A stretch of DNA of 64,000 bases, taken from assembly GCA_963795085.1 (NCBI GenBank), contig CAWCFX010000001.1, forward strand, positions 1 to 64,000, read 5' to 3'. Positions within the stretch are counted from its first letter, which is position 1, and every line of letters begins with the position of its first letter. Below are positions 29,091-39,860 of the stretch, piece by piece. The position numbers were made by a program, and so were the translations under genes. The DNA comes from an uncultured Gemmatimonadales bacterium (GTDB taxonomy: Bacteria; Gemmatimonadota; Gemmatimonadetes; Gemmatimonadales; GWC2-71-9). The notes beneath the pieces were generated by a model, which was given only the letters and a program-made list of their open reading frames with translations, was not told the origin of the DNA and did not search any database.

Positions 29091-30440
29091 ATGAGCGAAC
29101 CGGGCAGTCCAGCATCGCGGCGCGATTTCGTGAAGGCCGGTGTGGCCGCAGGCACGGTGGCGGCCCTGGGTCCCCTGGCTCCCGCCGGTCCTCACCCGGT
29201 GATGGAGGCGGACCAGCTGGCGGCGCCTCCCCTGGCGACGGTCCGGATCGGGTTTGTCGGCGTGGGCGGCATGGGGATGGTCCACGTGGAGAACCTGCTG
29301 CATATCCCGGGCGCCCAGATCACCGCCGTGTGCGATATCGTCGAGGCGAAGGTCGCCGCCGCCCAGGACAAGGTCGTGGCGGCGGGATCTCCCCGGCCGG
29401 CGGGCTACGCGCGGGGTCCCCGCGACTTCGAGCGGATGGTCGCCGAGGAGGAGCTGGACCTGGTCTATACCGCCACGCCGTGGGAGTGGCATGTCCCGGT
29501 CTGCCTCGCCGCGATGCGGGCCGGGAAGCACGCCGCGACCGAGGTGCCGGCGGCGTACACGGTGGACGACTGCTGGGACCTGGTGGAAACGGCGGAGAAA
29601 ACCCGGCGCCACTGCGTGATGATGGAGAACTGCTGCTACGACCGCCGGGAGATGCTGATGCTGAACATGGTGCGGCTGGGGTTGTTCGGGGAGCTGCTGC
29701 ACGGCGAGGCCGGGTACCTGCACGACCTGCGCAGCATCAAGTTCAGCACCGAGGGCGAGGGGCTCTGGCGGCGGGCCCATGCCATGCGCCGCAACGGCAA
29801 CCTCTACCCCACCCACGGACTGGGTCCCATCGCGCAGTGCATGGACATCAACCGCGGCGACCGGCTGGAATACCTGGTCTCGATGAGCAGTAACGCGCGG
29901 GGGCTGCACCAGTACGCCGAGGAGCATTTCCCGGAGGGCGACCCGCGGCGGAGCGAGCGCTTCGTGCTGGGCGATGTGAACACGGCGCTGATCCGCACCG
30001 TCCGGGGCCGCACCATTTACCTGGCGCACAACTGTGACAACCCGCGCCCCTACAGCCGGCTCAACTCGTTGCAGGGGACCCGGGGCATCATGTCCGGCTA
30101 TCCCGACCGGGTGCATCTCGAAGGGCGGAGCAAGGGGCACGGGTGGGAACCGCTGGACGCATACTACGAGCAGTACGAGCATCCCCTCTGGAAGTCCGAC
30201 GAGGTGAAGAACCAGACCGGTGGGCACGGGGGGATGGATTTCCTGGAGGACCGGCGGCTGATCGAATGCCTGCTGGCGGGGAAGCCCACGGACCAGAACG
30301 TGTATGATGCCGCGGCGTGGAGCGTGATCACCCCGCTCACGGAGCGCTCGGTGGCGAACCGGAGCCGGTCGGTCGAGGTCCCGGATTTCACCCGGGGCAA
30401 GTGGAGAACGACGCCCCCGCTGGACCTCGGGGAGGTGTGA
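29091..30440 (+). CDS. Tat-exported Gfo/Idh/MocA family protein, GH109 (alpha-N-acetylgalactosaminidase-like)
   Basis: SRRDFVK Tat motif; GFVGVGGMG; ATPWEWH; EVPAA; MENCCY; YLHDLR; LYPTHGLGP; GGHGGMDF. Confidence 0.9.
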   Translation: MSEPGSPASRRDFVKAGVAAGTVAALGPLAPAGPHPVMEADQLAAPPLATVRIGFVGVGGMGMVHVENLLHIPGAQITAVCDIVEAKVAAAQDKVVAAGSPRPAGYARGPRDFERMVAEEELDLVYTATPWEWHVPVCLAAMRAGKHAATEVPAAYTVDDCWDLVETAEKTRRHCVMMENCCYDRREMLMLNMVRLGLFGELLHGEAGYLHDLRSIKFSTEGEGLWRRAHAMRRNGNLYPTHGLGPIAQCMDINRGDRLEYLVSMSSNARGLHQYAEEHFPEGDPRRSERFVLGDVNTALIRTVRGRTIYLAHNCDNPRPYSRLNSLQGTRGIMSGYPDRVHLEGRSKGHGWEPLDAYYEQYEHPLWKSDEVKNQTGGHGGMDFLEDRRLIECLLAGKPTDQNVYDAAAWSVITPLTERSVANRSRSVEVPDFTRGKWRTTPPLDLGEV

Positions 30441-30475
30441 TCAGGGGGCAATTGAAGGCCTCCCGGGGGGTCCAG

Positions 30476-30501
30476 GGAACCGATTACCCTCCCCGGGCGT
30501 A
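30476..30501 (+). promoter_or_regulatory. Putative ECF sigma promoter of msrAB
   Basis: GGAAC-N17-CGTA, ending 35 bp upstream of ATG 30537. Confidence 0.5.
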
Positions 30502-30536
30502 TCTCTAGTGAATACTGAGACCCACCAGGAGAGACC

Positions 30537-31657
<1,121 letters not shown>

Positions 31658-31673
<16 letters not shown>

Positions 31674-32101
31674 GCGGCGTCGCCAACGCCGATCGTCCCG
31701 CTGTCCAGCACCTCTCCAAAGACTCCGCCCCGCCAGCCGGTCTGCATGGCGGCGCGGAGCCCGGGGTGGGCTTCCTCCATCCGTTCGCAGGGCCGGGTTT
31801 CTCCGAGTATCCGTACCCGGCACGCTCCGATCTTCAGCACGCGGCCGCGGGACTCCGCCAGCGATATCCCGCTGACCATGAGGTTGGCCCTCCTGGCCTG
31901 GGGCGGAAGAGCCGCACCCACCTGGTCCATCAGCGATTCCCAGGCCTCCTGCTCGATGATGGTGACCTGCCGCCGGCGTCCCTGGTCGGCGTTCCCTTCG
32001 ATGCCGCGGCCGGCAACCAGGGCGGCGCGCACCGCGGGATCCATGAGACCCCGATGCACCCGCTTGATCCAGATCCCCTGCAGGCGTCCCGGCATGGTCA
32101 T
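31658..32101 (-). CDS. MOSC domain protein
   Basis: GIEGNAD...[33 protein letters not shown] overlap with the upstream gene. Confidence 0.88.
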
Positions 32102-33108
32102 TCGGGGGCGACCTTCCGGGATCCTTCGGGCCATTGTCCCTCGAGGAACCGGCGCAGCGCCTGGGTCACTTCGGTTGGCCGGTCCAGCCAGCTGCGGTGA
32201 CCGGCACCCGGAACGAGGAGGAGCCTCCCGTCGGCCGGGAGGCCTGCCCAGAGCCGGCTCCCTTCCAGGGAGACCCGGCTCCGTTCGCCTTCAACCACCA
32301 GGACGGGGATCGTCACCCGCCGGAGTGCAGCGGAAAAGTCATACTCCGCGCCGAGCGCTCCCAGGGCGGCCATCCTCGCCAGCCGGCGATGCCGGAGCAC
32401 CTGAGGGGGATAGTCGCAGGTGTCGCCACCGGCCGTCCGGGACCCGGGACCGCCTTCCTGGTACATCGGTCTCGAAAGTTCCTGGGATTCCCGGCAGAGA
32501 TCGGAGAGCAGCGTGTCTCCGGCCACGGCCCAGAGACTGTCGATGCTGCGTAGCCGGCGCTCCACCTCGGGAGTTCGCTGGGCATCCATCAGCAGCAGTC
32601 GCTTGACATACTGCAGGCCGCTGGGCGCCATCGGGCTCAACAGGATCATCCGCTCCACGCCCCGGGGTGTCGCGAGGGCATAGTGCAGCGCGATGGCCGC
32701 TCCCCAACCGAATCCGGCCAGGGAAAACCGGCCCAGCCGAAAGTGCCGCCGTACCGCCTCCAGGTCCGCCACGTGCTTCTGCAGCGTGAGCCGCGATGCC
32801 TGGCTCGCCAGTTCGGACTGTCCGGCACCCACCTGGTCGTACATGATGATGGTGTAACCGGCGCCGGCGAGGGCTTCCAGGTCGTAACCCTCGCGGAGAC
32901 CGGTCGCCGGGCCTCCATGCAGGAAGATCAGCGTGTCCCGCCCCGAGCCCACCGTCCGGTAGAAGATCTGCAACCCGTCCGCCGCCCTGAGGGTGCCTTC
33001 GGTTGCCGAAGCGCCGGGAGTCGGGGAGAGCGTCTGCGCGGATGCGGAGACCGGGGCACCGAAGAGCGCCAGGCCCAGTGAGACGAGAAGGCGGTGTTGT
33101 CGTCGCAT
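32098..33108 (-). CDS. Secreted alpha/beta hydrolase (proline-iminopeptidase-like) lacking the nucleophile Ser
   Basis: Signal peptide; LHGGP; YDQVGAGQS; GFGWG at the nucleophile elbow; GAGH. Confidence 0.85.
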   Translation of the reverse strand: MRRQHRLLVSLGLALFGAPVSASAQTLSPTPGASATEGTLRAADGLQIFYRTVGSGRDTLIFLHGGPATGLREGYDLEALAGAGYTIIMYDQVGAGQSELASQASRLTLQKHVADLEAVRRHFRLGRFSLAGFGWGAAIALHYALATPRGVERMILLSPMAPSGLQYVKRLLLMDAQRTPEVERRLRSIDSLWAVAGDTLLSDLCRESQELSRPMYQEGGPGSRTAGGDTCDYPPQVLRHRRLARMAALGALGAEYDFSAALRRVTIPVLVVEGERSRVSLEGSRLWAGLPADGRLLLVPGAGHRSWLDRPTEVTQALRRFLEGQWPEGSRKVAPE

Positions 33109-33155
33109 TGTATGGGGAAAATACAACTGGAACAGCGGTTGTGCGGCCGGAAGGG

Positions 33156-33671
33156 CTAAGCCTTGCCCACGGACCTGACGGAGGAGAGAAAAACGATTAC
33201 GAAGGCGGCGGTGGCGCTGACGACGCCGATGGCGAGCCCAATGGCGCCCCCGATGCCGAGGGCATCTGTCGCCAGCCAGGTCCAGGAAGGGAGACTGCCG
33301 GTCCCCGAGGCCAGGGTGAGTTGGGAAATCAGTTCCCCGGCGGCTCCGCCGAGGATGCTGGACCGATAGACCCACCCCGTGGAGGCATCATAGCTCCGTC
33401 CGGGCCGCAGGGCGCGATAGAGGAGGAGCAGCCCCGAGAGGCCCAGCGCCATGGCGGCGGCACCGGGCCGAACCAGCATCAGGATGGCCAGGGTAGCCGT
33501 GAGCGCCAGCAACACCAATCCAGCCGTAATGACCATGGGCCACCGCATGGCCTGGCGGGCCTCGCGGGAAGCTCTGGCGACTTCGGCTGGAAAGGCAGGG
33601 TAGGCAAGTCGGTGGCGGACCACGACATCCCCATCTACCGACTGCTCGAGCGGGAGACTCATGACACTCAT
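33156..33671 (-). CDS. Hypothetical membrane protein
   Basis: Three or four hydrophobic stretches; no recognised motif. Confidence 0.55.
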   Translation of the reverse strand: MSVMSLPLEQSVDGDVVVRHRLAYPAFPAEVARASREARQAMRWPMVITAGLVLLALTATLAILMLVRPGAAAMALGLSGLLLLYRALRPGRSYDASTGWVYRSSILGGAAGELISQLTLASGTGSLPSWTWLATDALGIGGAIGLAIGVVSATAAFVIVFLSSVRSVGKA

Positions 33672-33853
33672 TCTGGGAAAGCTGGCGTGCTGGAGAGACC
33701 GAACTGACGCTCTCTAAATCGCACCGTTGGGTGAATTCGTCAAGGGGGGAAATTGGAGCGGGGGGGGTGTGACATCGAGTGGTGGAGGCGTACTACGAAA
33801 GTTTATTGGGTGCCGTACCACCACCACAATCCAAAGCCCTACGCGCCTGGAGT

Positions 33854-34123
33854 TCAGCGCCTGCGGGCCTGCTGAATAAACGCCCCGACCAGGGGATGGA
33901 GTGCCCCGGCCAGGGCACGGCGTTCCGGCTGAAAGAGAGTGGCCACAAAGTAGGGGTGGCCCGGAATTTCAATCGCGCGAGCCTCGCCGGCTTCATCGAC
34001 AGCGCCGATCCGTAGGCCGTCCTCCCGCGGAGCGAACACGAGGTCCCGAACAAAGGGGGCAAGAGGGTAAGTGGTCCAGGGGGCAAGGGGCTTGAGGTCT
34101 CGCGCAATTCGCGTGGTCTTCAT
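33854..34123 (-). pseudogene. Internally deleted remnant of a short CTP-synthase-like glutamine amidotransferase
   Basis: Begins MKTTRIA and ends GEARAIEIPGHPYFVATLFQPER...HPLVGAF, but is only 89 aa. The middle is G-run repeat sequence. Confidence 0.65.
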
Positions 34124-34488
34124 CCGGGCACCCGGGCCCGCCGCACGATCCACAGGACTCCGAGCCCCGCCACGCCCGACAGGATCATGACGGCGATGCC
34201 CTCTCCGATGGTGGCGCCGCCCCAGGCGATGGGTGCCAGGCCGCCCGAGACGGCCATCGCGGCAAACCATGCCGTCATGACCGGCCGCAGGCCGCGCCAC
34301 CCGAACAGGAGCGACAGGAGACCCAGCAGGGCGAGCACGCCGTAGAGCAACTGGGTGATTCCGGAGAGCTGCTGCAGGGAGGTTTCGGCGTTCACCCAGT
34401 CCTGGACGCCGTTCCAGGCTCCCAGGAGGCCGATGCCGGTCAGCAGGAGAAGAGAGAGAGCGAGCCAGAGATCAACACGTCGTCGCAT
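34120..34488 (-). CDS. Hypothetical 4-TM membrane protein
   Basis: Four hydrophobic segments; part of a co-oriented gene run. Confidence 0.75.
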   Translation of the reverse strand: MRRRVDLWLALSLLLLTGIGLLGAWNGVQDWVNAETSLQQLSGITQLLYGVLALLGLLSLLFGWRGLRPVMTAWFAAMAVSGGLAPIAWGGATIGEGIAVMILSGVAGLGVLWIVRRARVPG

Positions 34489-34500
34489 GCGGCGTCCGGG

Positions 34501-35049
34501 TCAGGGGCCGGCTTTCGTCCAAACGATCTGGCCGGCGATGGCGTCGAACACTTCACGCAGGGTCCACAGTTCGACCGGTCCGACATAGCCGTAGTCGTAC
34601 ACCATTCGGGTGCCGGCATCCCGCCGGAACGCCCCCAGTACCGCGCCCGGAAGGTCGGTGTAGGTCGCCTTGAAGGAATCGGGCATGGCCATGAACTCGA
34701 ATCGGTCAAGCAGCCAGGCAAGCCGCCCATAATCCTGGATCGTGATCCGGCCGTGATATTCTCCCTCCCGCTCCACGAACCGGATTCCCCGGTAACGCGC
34801 CGTGCCGCCGCGGTGGAACACCGCCTCGTAGCTCGGGCAGGTGCCGAAGCAGGGGTCCCGCCGGAGGTAGATCGAGTCGTACGGCAGGCGGGCCCAGAGC
34901 GAATCTTCGCTCTCGACGCCCACGCCCGGCTGCCGGAGGAAATCATACGGGTCGGGGGCAGCCGCCCTGCAGCCCAGTGCGGCGACGAGGAACAGGACCG
35001 GGGCCAGGGATGCCGGGCGGGGATTGGAGACGGGACAGGCCTTGCGCAT
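34501..35049 (-). CDS. DUF6438-like lipoprotein
   Basis: Lipobox ALGC; LRRDPCFGTCPSY; TDLP. Confidence 0.8.
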   Translation of the reverse strand: MRKACPVSNPRPASLAPVLFLVAALGCRAAAPDPYDFLRQPGVGVESEDSLWARLPYDSIYLRRDPCFGTCPSYEAVFHRGGTARYRGIRFVEREGEYHGRITIQDYGRLAWLLDRFEFMAMPDSFKATYTDLPGAVLGAFRRDAGTRMVYDYGYVGPVELWTLREVFDAIAGQIVWTKAGP

Positions 35050-35052
35050 CAG

Positions 35053-35634
35053 TCAGTTGGCATGACAGGAGACATCGATCGCTCCCACTCGCCCCTGGCG
35101 AAGTTCGAACCGGAGGGCGCAGGAATCGTCGGTCGTGAAGGGATAGGCCAGGATACCGGCGCCCTCAGCCTTGCCTTTCCCATAGACCTGCTCCACCTCC
35201 GACGTCGAGGCCCCGACCCGGACCGCATCTCCCGTAATGCAGGACGCGGCGGTGCAATGGAGTCCGACGACTCGATGTTCCACCAGCCGGACACTGAGTC
35301 CCGGATACTCAGCGACGATCGCACTGTCTCCCAGCGCTTCGTCCCAGGTTGTCCGGGAGCTGCGGGGCGCGCCGAGCAGGCGGTTCAATTCATCGCCCGA
35401 GGAGCCCCAGAGTACTCCATTCACCACGGCGCGCTCTACGGTAATGCGCGACCCGGTGAGGCCGGAGGAATCCGCCGGCAGCGGCAAGGTATCGCCGGCG
35501 GGGCGGGCCGTGGTGTCCCCGGCCGGGACCAGGCCCCGGGCATCGGGCAGGGAATCGGCACCCGCGCGCGAATTGTCCCTGGAGCACGCCGTGATGGCGA
35601 GGAGAGCAAGGGCGAAGGTCCGAATGGTGGTCAT
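35053..35634 (-). CDS. Hypothetical lipoprotein
   Basis: Lipobox AITAC; RBS GGAG before ATG 35634. Confidence 0.75.
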   Translation of the reverse strand: MTTIRTFALALLAITACSRDNSRAGADSLPDARGLVPAGDTTARPAGDTLPLPADSSGLTGSRITVERAVVNGVLWGSSGDELNRLLGAPRSSRTTWDEALGDSAIVAEYPGLSVRLVEHRVVGLHCTAASCITGDAVRVGASTSEVEQVYGKGKAEGAGILAYPFTTDDSCALRFELRQGRVGAIDVSCHAN

Positions 35635-35716
35635 GGATTCGCTCCAGTTGGGGGTCGTTGGCGCTATTGGCGGTGCCAAGGTAACAGCCGGTCGCGGCCG
35701 TCCCGTGCGACCTGGC

Positions 35717-36475
35717 TCACGCTTCGGGTTTCCTTCCGGCCAGCACGCCCAGCGGCCACCGTACGACCTGGGGAGTGGCTGGGTCGCCCCATACTCTTCC
35801 CAGCGCGCCGGACAGTGCCGGGACCGGGTCGGTTCCGGTCTCCGCCCGGCAGCGCTTCACCGCGGACCAGGTGGCCACGTATCCGAGGAGCTGCGGGAGG
35901 GTCCAGGTGACAGCCATGTCAAAGGGGGGCGGCTCCACCCGGTCGAAGGGAAGAGTTATGGAGCGATAGCCGTCCTCCACCAGCCGGCGGTTATCCGGCC
36001 ACCACCTGGTGATCTCGCCGTAGTAGAAATCGCGAAGGACCTGGTTGACGTCCGGCTGGTCCACCTGGAAGGCACCGTAGGTCCAGATCGCCAGGACACC
36101 ACCGGGCCGCAGTACCCGGTTCACGGCCTTGAAGAAAGAATCCAGGTCCATCCAGTGGAGCGCCTGCGCAACGGTCACCGCATCTGCGGTGGCATCCGCA
36201 AGCGTTGGAGCGCCCGCTTCTTCGACCCGGTATTCCACGCCGGGGTGCGGAATCGCCCGGCCGATCTGGCCGGCACTCGCGTCGGTCGCGATGACCCGGT
36301 CAAAATACCCGGCGAGAGCCACGGCCGCCTGGCCGTTGCCGGTCGCCGCGTCCCACGCCAGCCGGCGGCCCGGGGCGATGGCGGCGACCCAGCGAAAGAG
36401 TTCGTCGGGGTACCGGGGCCGGTACTTCGCATAGGACTCGGCGTCCTGGCCAAAGTGATCGGGGGCCCGGTACAC
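35717..36475 (-). CDS. Class I SAM-dependent methyltransferase
   Basis: YRPRYP; WDAATGNGQ; VAQALHW; RVLRPGG. Confidence 0.92.
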   Translation of the reverse strand: MYRAPDHFGQDAESYAKYRPRYPDELFRWVAAIAPGRRLAWDAATGNGQAAVALAGYFDRVIATDASAGQIGRAIPHPGVEYRVEEAGAPTLADATADAVTVAQALHWMDLDSFFKAVNRVLRPGGVLAIWTYGAFQVDQPDVNQVLRDFYYGEITRWWPDNRRLVEDGYRSITLPFDRVEPPPFDMAVTWTLPQLLGYVATWSAVKRCRAETGTDPVPALSGALGRVWGDPATPQVVRWPLGVLAGRKPEA

Positions 36476-36481
36476 TTGCGC

Positions 36482-36949
36482 TCAGTAGGACCGGTTCTCG
36501 AACCCGACCAGGATCTGGCTGACAGTGCCGGTGATGCCGATGAGACGGAACTCCGCAAAGGGTGTGATGCCCCGGAGGGGAATTCGGAAGCCGCCCTGCG
36601 CCATCCAGCCAAAGTCCGTCTGGGTGAAGGGCCCGACTTCGCGATAGCTCATGCCGGCGCCGCCGCCGAGGTAGGGCTGCACCCTCCATGGCGCGGGCGA
36701 CCATTGGGCCCCCAGCAGCGCGAAGACGGTGGTGCCCGGCTCTTCGATGACCGTGGTGACCGCGAGCTGGGTCCGGGTTCCCGGCGCGATACTCACCCCC
36801 AGGTGGGCGCCGAGCAGTTTCTGGGTCTGGTCATCGGAGACATCGGCACCGCCGTGGAGGCCCAGGGTCCAGCGCCCCGCGGCGTGCTGCGCCTGGCTGG
36901 AAGAGATGGCGAGGAGGGAAAGGAGCACGAGCAGGAAGCAGGAGCGCAT
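36482..36949 (-). CDS. Small outer-membrane beta-barrel protein
   Basis: Signal peptide; PYLGGGAG; amphipathic strands. Confidence 0.75.
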   Translation of the reverse strand: MRSCFLLVLLSLLAISSSQAQHAAGRWTLGLHGGADVSDDQTQKLLGAHLGVSIAPGTRTQLAVTTVIEEPGTTVFALLGAQWSPAPWRVQPYLGGGAGMSYREVGPFTQTDFGWMAQGGFRIPLRGITPFAEFRLIGITGTVSQILVGFENRSY

Positions 36950-36958
36950 TTGATAACC

Positions 36959-38095
36959 TCAGCGGGGCGGGGCTTCAAGGAACAGGGCTGCCAGCCGGGG
37001 AGCATCTCTGGTAAAGGTACGGTCGCTGTTGACCAGCATGGCGATGACCAGTCGCTCTTCGGGATAGATCTGGAGGGAGGCCGTGCCGCCCATGGCGCCG
37101 CCGGTGTGGCCGACCCGGCGCCGGCCGCCCGGTTCGGTGACGATGGACCAGCCCAGTCCGTAGCCGGTTGGTTTCCCGTCGCGGGTCTGCTGCGAGGTCC
37201 AGAGCAGCGCCACCGTTTCCGGGCGGAGGAGGCGATGGGTCAGGATCGCATCGCCAAAGCGGGCCAGGTCCTCGCTGGTGGACAGGAACCCGCCGCCCGC
37301 CCACTTGTAGCTGTTGTCAACATAGGGGGCGTTCAGCATGCGCCCGGGCGGCTCGACCCAGGCGTAGAAGTCGGCCCGGTGGGGAATGATGCTGTCGGCG
37401 AATTCCGGGTAAGTTTGCGCCAGGCCGGCCAGCTGGAAGACCGAATCGCGCATGTACGTGAGGAACGGCATGCCCGAGGCGCCTTCGACCACGGCGGAAA
37501 GCAGGTTCCAGCCGTAGGAGGAATACTGGTAGCGGGTCCCCGGCTCGAAGAGCAGGGAGTCGCCGCTGAACATGGCCAGCCCTTCATTCACCGTCTGGTA
37601 ATGTCGCTGGTTCGCGAATTCGCCCTGGCGATAATGCCGGATGCCCGCGAGGTGGCCGGCCAGCTGTCGCACCGTGACCGGGTAGCGTTTGACTGGAAAC
37701 GAGGGAACGTAGCGCTGGACCTCACGGTCGAGATCGAGGCGGCCCTGCTCCACCAGCCGGCCCAGGGCGGCGGCGGTGAGTGGCTTGGAGACGCTGCCGA
37801 TGCGGAACACGGTGTGCGGCGCCGCCGGCACCGCCTGCTCGATGTCGGCGAGTCCGAATCCCTCGCTCCAGACCAGCTCGCCGTTGATCATGACCGCCAC
37901 CGTGGCGCCGGGCGAACCCAGCTCGGCCATTCGGCCGGCGACCAGGCGGCGGGCCTGTTCGATCGCTGCCTGCCGGGCGACCGGTGCCTGGGCCACCTGT
38001 GCGGCCAGAGGCGCGGACCCGAGCGCCAGGGCAAGGGCGAGAAAGGCGGTTGTGGCAGGGACGCGGCGGGTGTTTCTTCGGGGCCTGAGCTTCAC
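36959..38095 (-). CDS. Serine hydrolase, beta-lactamase/class C-like family
   Basis: IGSVSK, YSS, GHTG. GTGA overlap with the cupin gene. Confidence 0.92.
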   Translation of the reverse strand: MKLRPRRNTRRVPATTAFLALALALGSAPLAAQVAQAPVARQAAIEQARRLVAGRMAELGSPGATVAVMINGELVWSEGFGLADIEQAVPAAPHTVFRIGSVSKPLTAAALGRLVEQGRLDLDREVQRYVPSFPVKRYPVTVRQLAGHLAGIRHYRQGEFANQRHYQTVNEGLAMFSGDSLLFEPGTRYQYSSYGWNLLSAVVEGASGMPFLTYMRDSVFQLAGLAQTYPEFADSIIPHRADFYAWVEPPGRMLNAPYVDNSYKWAGGGFLSTSEDLARFGDAILTHRLLRPETVALLWTSQQTRDGKPTGYGLGWSIVTEPGGRRRVGHTGGAMGGTASLQIYPEERLVIAMLVNSDRTFTRDAPRLAALFLEAPPR

Positions 38096-38508
38096 CTGTG
38101 GTCCTCCCGGTCGTAGGGGATGATGTTCTGCCACTCGCTGGCGTCGGAGCGGGCGACCACGGCAATAACCGGGTCGGACTGGCTCAGGTTAAAGACCTCG
38201 TGCGGGACGCCGGGCTCGATGAAGATGAAATCGCCTGCGGCATTCTCAACCACCTCGACCAGCCCGGGTCCGTACTCGTGGCGGACCCGGCCTTCCAGGA
38301 TGTAGAGCATCACCTCGAACCCCACGTGGATGTGGGCGTAGGCGACCCCGCCAGGCGGGATGGTCGCCACGTTCATGGAAAGCTGCCGGGCCGGGACGTT
38401 CTTCTCCGAGAGCCCGGCCTTATAATGGATACCGTTCCAGTCCCGGCAGTTGCCGCCCGCCCGGATGACGAAAATACCGGCGTGACCCTCCGCCTTGGGC
38501 AGATCCAT
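38092..38508 (-). CDS. Cupin domain protein
   Basis: AHIHVGFE...GDFIFIEPGVPH. Confidence 0.9.
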   Translation of the reverse strand: MDLPKAEGHAGIFVIRAGGNCRDWNGIHYKAGLSEKNVPARQLSMNVATIPPGGVAYAHIHVGFEVMLYILEGRVRHEYGPGLVEVVENAAGDFIFIEPGVPHEVFNLSQSDPVIAVVARSDASEWQNIIPYDREDHR

Positions 38509-38531
38509 GTTGCAAACCAATCAGGTAACGG

Positions 38532-38915
38532 GTGACAGGTAACCGGGTTTCTGCGCTACGGCTTCTGGGACGGGCCCTGCTGCTGCGCTGTCCCCACTGC
38601 GGGGCGCGGGGAACCTGGCATTCCTACTACCGCCAGAAAGACCGCTGCCCGGGCTGCGGCCTGGTCTTCAACCGGGGAGAGCAGGGCTATATCGTCGGCG
38701 CCTACATGTTCAACATCGTGGCGGCGGAACTCGTCTTCGCTGCGCTCCTGGTCGGCGTGCTGCTGCGTACCTGGCCGCGCCCGCCCTGGACCTGGCTGAC
38801 CTGGGGCGGAGCAGCCCTCATGGTGCTGCTCCCGCTGATATTCTATCCGTTCTCCCGTACCCTGTTTCTGGCGTTTGACCTGATCTTCCGTTCCCACCGG
38901 GACGAGGCGTCCTGA
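38532..38915 (+). CDS. DUF983 family protein
   Basis: RCPHCG...CPGCGL followed by two TM helices. Confidence 0.85.
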   Translation: MTGNRVSALRLLGRALLLRCPHCGARGTWHSYYRQKDRCPGCGLVFNRGEQGYIVGAYMFNIVAAELVFAALLVGVLLRTWPRPPWTWLTWGGAALMVLLPLIFYPFSRTLFLAFDLIFRSHRDEAS

Positions 38916-38942
38916 CCACTTGCCCCGCCTGCTTCTCACGTC

Positions 38943-39368
38943 TCACTTCGCGAACACCTGGCTCATGTCCCGGAAGCTCTTGAACTCGAGTGCGTTGCCC
39001 GCCGGGTCGAGAAAGAACATGGTGGCCTGCTCTCCCACCTGGCCCTGGAAGCGGATGCCCGGCTCAATGATGAACCGGGTGTCACGGGCGCGGAGCCGGT
39101 CCGCCAGCGCGTGCCACGCGGACCACTCCAGGATGACCCCGAAGTGACGGACCGGTACGTCGTGCCCGTCCACCGGGTTCGCAGCGGCGGCGCCGGTCTC
39201 TTCCGGGGCCAGGTGGGCGACCACCTGGTGCCCATAGAAATCAAAGTCGATCCACCGGTCGGAACTGCGGCCTTCCGCGCAACCCAGCACACCACCGTAG
39301 AAGGCGCGTGCCTGCTCGAGGTCGTCCACGGGAAATGCCAGGTGGAAAAGCGGAGTGGTCCGGGTCAT
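38943..39368 (-). CDS. VOC/glyoxalase family protein
   Basis: [26 protein letters not shown]. Confidence 0.92.
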   Translation of the reverse strand: MTRTTPLFHLAFPVDDLEQARAFYGGVLGCAEGRSSDRWIDFDFYGHQVVAHLAPEETGAAAANPVDGHDVPVRHFGVILEWSAWHALADRLRARDTRFIIEPGIRFQGQVGEQATMFFLDPAGNALEFKSFRDMSQVFAK

Positions 39369-39847
39369 GGGCTGGTTCGACTTCCCGTAACGTTGAAAGT
39401 GCAGGCAATACTGGACAGGATGGGCTGGTACCCCGCATAAGGATCGAAGGCCCGGCCGCTAAAGGCGAGATTGTCATCGAGGCTGCCCCGAATCTCCATG
39501 CCGTAGCCGAGCGAATCCTGCCGGACCAGGTGGAGAAGGACGGAGCGGTTCTGCACGTTGATCGTCCCATAGACGGTGCCCGACATGCCGCCGGCCGAAG
39601 TCCAGAGATCGGTAAAAGTGAGTGAACCCGCAGGCAACACGTCGTCCTCGGACCCGGATACCCCTACGGTAAAGTCGCGGTCTGCGATGCTGTCCGCGCA
39701 GGGCAGGCTGTCGCCCAGCGCGAGCGTCCAGGTCCCGGCGAGGCTGCTGACCGCAATACCGCCGCCGCCGCTGGTCGCGGCATCCTGACCGCACCCCAAC
39801 GTCGCCAGGAGTACGGCCGGCATCAGAAGCCGGTGCAGCCCACGCAT
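39365..39847 (-). CDS. Hypothetical lipoprotein
   Basis: Lipobox ATLGC; RBS GGAGG; ATGA overlap with the VOC gene. Confidence 0.75.
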   Translation of the reverse strand: MRGLHRLLMPAVLLATLGCGQDAATSGGGGIAVSSLAGTWTLALGDSLPCADSIADRDFTVGVSGSEDDVLPAGSLTFTDLWTSAGGMSGTVYGTINVQNRSVLLHLVRQDSLGYGMEIRGSLDDNLAFSGRAFDPYAGYQPILSSIACTFNVTGSRTSP

Positions 39848-39860
39848 TGGGTTCCTCCGG

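Noticed and set aside
29091..30440. GH109 as part of the SusCD locus
   Set aside because: It lies more than 13 kb away on the opposite strand with unrelated genes between.
36959..38095. Antibiotic-resistance beta-lactamase
   Set aside because: The motifs fit the broad serine hydrolase/peptidase family; nothing specifically indicates AmpC.
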